Position numbers and translations under genes: made by a program. The notes beneath the pieces were generated by a model. The model made no database searches. It was not told where the DNA came from and was given only the letters and a program-made list of their open reading frames with translations. A stretch of DNA of 64,000 nucleotides from an uncultured Oceanospirillaceae bacterium (GTDB lineage Bacteria; Pseudomonadota; Gammaproteobacteria; Pseudomonadales; Balneatricaceae): positions 582-64,581 of the forward strand of contig CAJXNY010000026.1 in NCBI GenBank assembly GCA_913057435.1, read 5' to 3'. Of this stretch, positions 61,378-64,000 are shown one piece after another. Each line of letters begins with the position of its first letter. Position 1 is the first letter of the stretch.

Positions 61378-61847
61378 GTGTTACAGATATGGGTTTTGGT
61401 CGCGTTGAATTAAGCTATTTCATTTAGTAGCCAGTTATCTGTTTTTTACAGAATAATAAAACAAATTCTCATTCGTTGAATTAATTTCGGCTTAATACCC
61501 TTTAGGCTGAATCTAAGGTACTTAACAGTACCAGTTTTACTAAAAAACAGACTGTGGCCACTGAATAAGTCATCCTGAATTTAATTAATATCCTCACATT
61601 AAGTGAGGTATAAGTTCAGATGATAATTATATATAAATAACTTATAAATCTGATCTCAGTAATATTCAATCTGCTGTGCCTTAATTCATCATTAATAGTC
61701 ATACATCATATCGACACTCGCCATCATCAGCCTGTTCAGGCATGCCTACGGATACTGTAATGAAATAAATCCAGGTAATAAAAGTTACTTCTCCATGTTG
61801 CTCAGCAGCAAATAACTTATTCACCCGCTTATTGATGAGATCCTGAC

Positions 61848-63278
61848 ATGAGCACAGTCACTGAACATTCCACTTATAACTATAAAGTGGTCCGCCAGTT
61901 CGCCATCATGACCGTAATCTGGGGTATTGTCGGCATGACCATAGGCGTTTTTATTGCGTCACAGCTGGTCTGGCCGCAGCTGAATTTTGATATACCCTGG
62001 CTAACCTTTGGTCGCCTGCGTCCGTTACATACCAACGCGGTGATTTTTGCCTTTGGTGGCTGCGCCTTGTTCGCTACTTCCTACTACGTTGTACAGCGCA
62101 CCTGTCAGGTTCGACTGGTTTCTGACGCCCTTGCCGCCTTTACCTTCTGGGGCTGGCAGGCGGTCATCGTTGCCACCGTCATCACCTTGCCGCTGGGCCT
62201 GACCTCAACGAAAGAGTACGCCGAGGTTGAGTGGCCAATCGACATCATGATTACCATTGTCTGGGTGTGTTACGCTATCGTCTTTCTGGGCACCGTCAAG
62301 CACCGTAAAACCCCACATATTTACGTGGGGAACTGGTTCTATATGGCGTTCATTATTACCATTGCCGTGTTGCATATTGTAAACAGTGCAGCATTACCAG
62401 TATCGGCCTTCAAGTCCTATTCGATCTACGCAGGTACCGTCGATGCGATGGTGCAGTGGTGGTACGGCCATAACGCTGTTGGCTTCTTCCTGACGGCGGG
62501 CTTTCTGGGCATGATGTATTACTTCGTGCCCAAACAGGCTCAGCGGCCGATCTACTCCTACCGTTTATCAATCGTCCACTTCTGGGCGCTGATTGCTACC
62601 TACATGTGGGCGGGTGGTCATCACCTGCATTACACTGCGCTGCCAGACTGGGCTCAGTCTGTTGCGATGGTAATGTCTCTGATCCTGCTGGCGCCATCCT
62701 GGGGCGGTATGATCAACGGCATGATGACGCTGTCTGGTGCCTGGCACAAACTGCGTACTGACCCTATCCTGCGTTTCCTGGTTGTATCTCTGTCTTTCTA
62801 CGGTATGTCTACCTTCGAAGGCCCGATGATGGCAATTAAAACCGTCAATGCTCTGTCTCATTACACTGACTGGACTATTGGCCACGTACACGCCGGGGCT
62901 CTGGGCTGGGTAGCGATGATTTCCATCGGTGCGACTTACCACATGATTCCACGACTGTGGGGTAAGGCATCGATGGCCTCTGTTGCGCTGATCAACACTC
63001 ACTTCTGGCTGGCGACGATCGGTACCGTACTGTACATCTGTGCAATGTGGGTGAACGGTATTCTGCAGGGGCTGATGTGGCGTGCAGTAAACGAAGACGG
63101 CACCCTGACTTACAGCTTCGTAGAAGCACTGGAAGCATCCCACATGGGTTACTTCGTGCGTGCTCTGGGTGGCGTATTCTGGGTAACGGGTATGCTGTTG
63201 ATGGCTTACAACGTATGGCAAACCGTTCGCAGAAACAGTTCTGTTTCCGTTGTAGATGCCGCCGCGCAGGCCACCTGA
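61848..63278 (+). CDS. ccoN: cbb3-type cytochrome c oxidase subunit I
   Basis: 476 aa, 12 TM: ...[18 protein letters not shown]...[13 protein letters not shown]...HHLHYT... Confidence 0.95.
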   Translation: MSTVTEHSTYNYKVVRQFAIMTVIWGIVGMTIGVFIASQLVWPQLNFDIPWLTFGRLRPLHTNAVIFAFGGCALFATSYYVVQRTCQVRLVSDALAAFTFWGWQAVIVATVITLPLGLTSTKEYAEVEWPIDIMITIVWVCYAIVFLGTVKHRKTPHIYVGNWFYMAFIITIAVLHIVNSAALPVSAFKSYSIYAGTVDAMVQWWYGHNAVGFFLTAGFLGMMYYFVPKQAQRPIYSYRLSIVHFWALIATYMWAGGHHLHYTALPDWAQSVAMVMSLILLAPSWGGMINGMMTLSGAWHKLRTDPILRFLVVSLSFYGMSTFEGPMMAIKTVNALSHYTDWTIGHVHAGALGWVAMISIGATYHMIPRLWGKASMASVALINTHFWLATIGTVLYICAMWVNGILQGLMWRAVNEDGTLTYSFVEALEASHMGYFVRALGGVFWVTGMLLMAYNVWQTVRRNSSVSVVDAAAQAT

Positions 63279-63297
63279 AAGGGTCAGGAGAAAAGTA

Positions 63298-63918
63298 ATG
63301 ATCAAGCATGAAACCATAGAAAAAAACATTGGCCTGATGATTCTGTTAATCATCATTGTCATCAGCGGTGGCGGCCTGGCAGAGATTGTTCCATTGATGT
63401 TTCAGAGTTCCACAACGCAGCCAATTGACGGCTTGCGTACCTACACCGCGATGGAGCTTGAAGGGCGAGACATTTACATCCGTGAAGGCTGTCATGTTTG
63501 TCATACCCAGATGATTCGACCGTTCCGCGCAGAAACTGAACGTTATGGCCAGTACAGCACCGCTAATGAAGGTGTCTGGGAACACCCGTTCTTATGGGGT
63601 TCCAAACGTACCGGGCCGGATCTGGCGCGTGTTGGTGCGCGCTATTCCGACGACTGGCACCGCGCTCATCTGTATAACCCGCGTGATGTTGTGCCTGAGT
63701 CAAAAATGCCGTCCTACCCCTGGTTATTCAGCGACAGGTTTACCGATCCGAATACTGACCGGAAAATGGAAGTGCTGCGTACGATGGGAGTACCGTTCTC
63801 CGATGCTCAGATTGCAGGGGCGAGGGATGCCGTAGTCGGGAAATATGAAATTGAGGCGCTGGTTGCTTACCTGCAATCACTGGGGAAACTGCATGATAAC
63901 TACAGCAATAAGCGGTAG
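63298..63918 (+). CDS. ccoO: cbb3-type cytochrome c oxidase subunit II (monohaem)
   Basis: [17 protein letters not shown]... and haem site [12 protein letters not shown]. The track ORF from 63256 is an upstream extension. Confidence 0.95.
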   Translation: MIKHETIEKNIGLMILLIIIVISGGGLAEIVPLMFQSSTTQPIDGLRTYTAMELEGRDIYIREGCHVCHTQMIRPFRAETERYGQYSTANEGVWEHPFLWGSKRTGPDLARVGARYSDDWHRAHLYNPRDVVPESKMPSYPWLFSDRFTDPNTDRKMEVLRTMGVPFSDAQIAGARDAVVGKYEIEALVAYLQSLGKLHDNYSNKR

Positions 63919-63924
63919 CCGGTT

Positions 63925-64000
63925 ATGAATTACGATATGTATGGGCCCTTTATTCCGATGATAATGCTAATCACCTTTCTGGCATTATTTACATGGGTAT
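63925..64000 (+). CDS. ccoQ: Probable cbb3 oxidase small subunit CcoQ, 5' part (cut by the window end)
   Basis: ATG lies 6 nt after the ccoO stop. MNYDMYGPFIPMIMLITFLALFTWV is a single hydrophobic helix in the position of ccoQ. Confidence 0.5.
   Translation, partial: MNYDMYGPFIPMIMLITFLALFTWV

Noticed and set aside
61381-61847. Fnr/Anr boxes upstream of ccoN: TTGAATTAAGCTAT at 61405, TTGAATTAATTTCG at 61475 and TTGATGAGATCCTG at 61832.
   Set aside because: Each matches only one half-site of TTGAT-N4-ATCAA. The best-looking one abuts the start codon, which is the wrong position for class II activation.

Overview
This 64 kb window is gammaproteobacterial chromosome. Typical coding lines I counted are about 55-60% GC. 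The gene order resembles Pseudomonas/Oceanospirillales-type genomes, but the species cannot be named from sequence alone. The content is overwhelmingly core housekeeping. From left to right: a partial IS3-family element at the window edge; a methyl-accepting chemotaxis protein; carAB-greA; and a three-gene ATP-grasp / 7TM-transglutaminase-like / retropepsin-lipoprotein operon. Next comes the conserved block yhbY | rlmE-ftsH-folP-glmM-tpiA-secG-tRNA-Leu | tRNA-fMet-rimP-nusA-infB-rbfA-truB-rpsO-pnp. After that are small accessory-looking units (a MocR regulator with a DMT exporter, mutM, an alpha/beta hydrolase, and PAP2-glycosyltransferase-DMT-like-TlpA-like), followed by a 3-hydroxybutyrate-dehydrogenase-like SDR and a TPP riboswitch with thiC. 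Then rpsT, murJ, ribF-ileS-lspA-fkpB, a ThiO-like oxidase, cytochrome c5, tag, two unknown genes, and a TonB-dependent receptor with a Fur-like box and a GntR regulator. The window ends with bkdR plus ldh-bkdA1-bkdA2-bkdB-lpdV and the start of ccoNOQ. I saw no CRISPR array, prophage or recognisable defence island, and I cannot honestly claim a clearly new system. The best candidates for follow-up are four. (1) The functionally uncharacterised ATP-grasp/7TM/retropepsin triad, which is inserted into the greA-yhbY core synteny. (2) An orphan, terminator-bounded, GGA-dense minus-strand transcript at about 36501-36655 that looks like a Csr/Rsm-family sponge sRNA. (3) A leader-peptide plus terminator attenuator candidate upstream of carAB. 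(4) A divergent GT-A-like protein paired with a polytopic membrane protein at 49091-51423. Many long ORFs in the supplied track are antisense shadows of real genes and were rejected.
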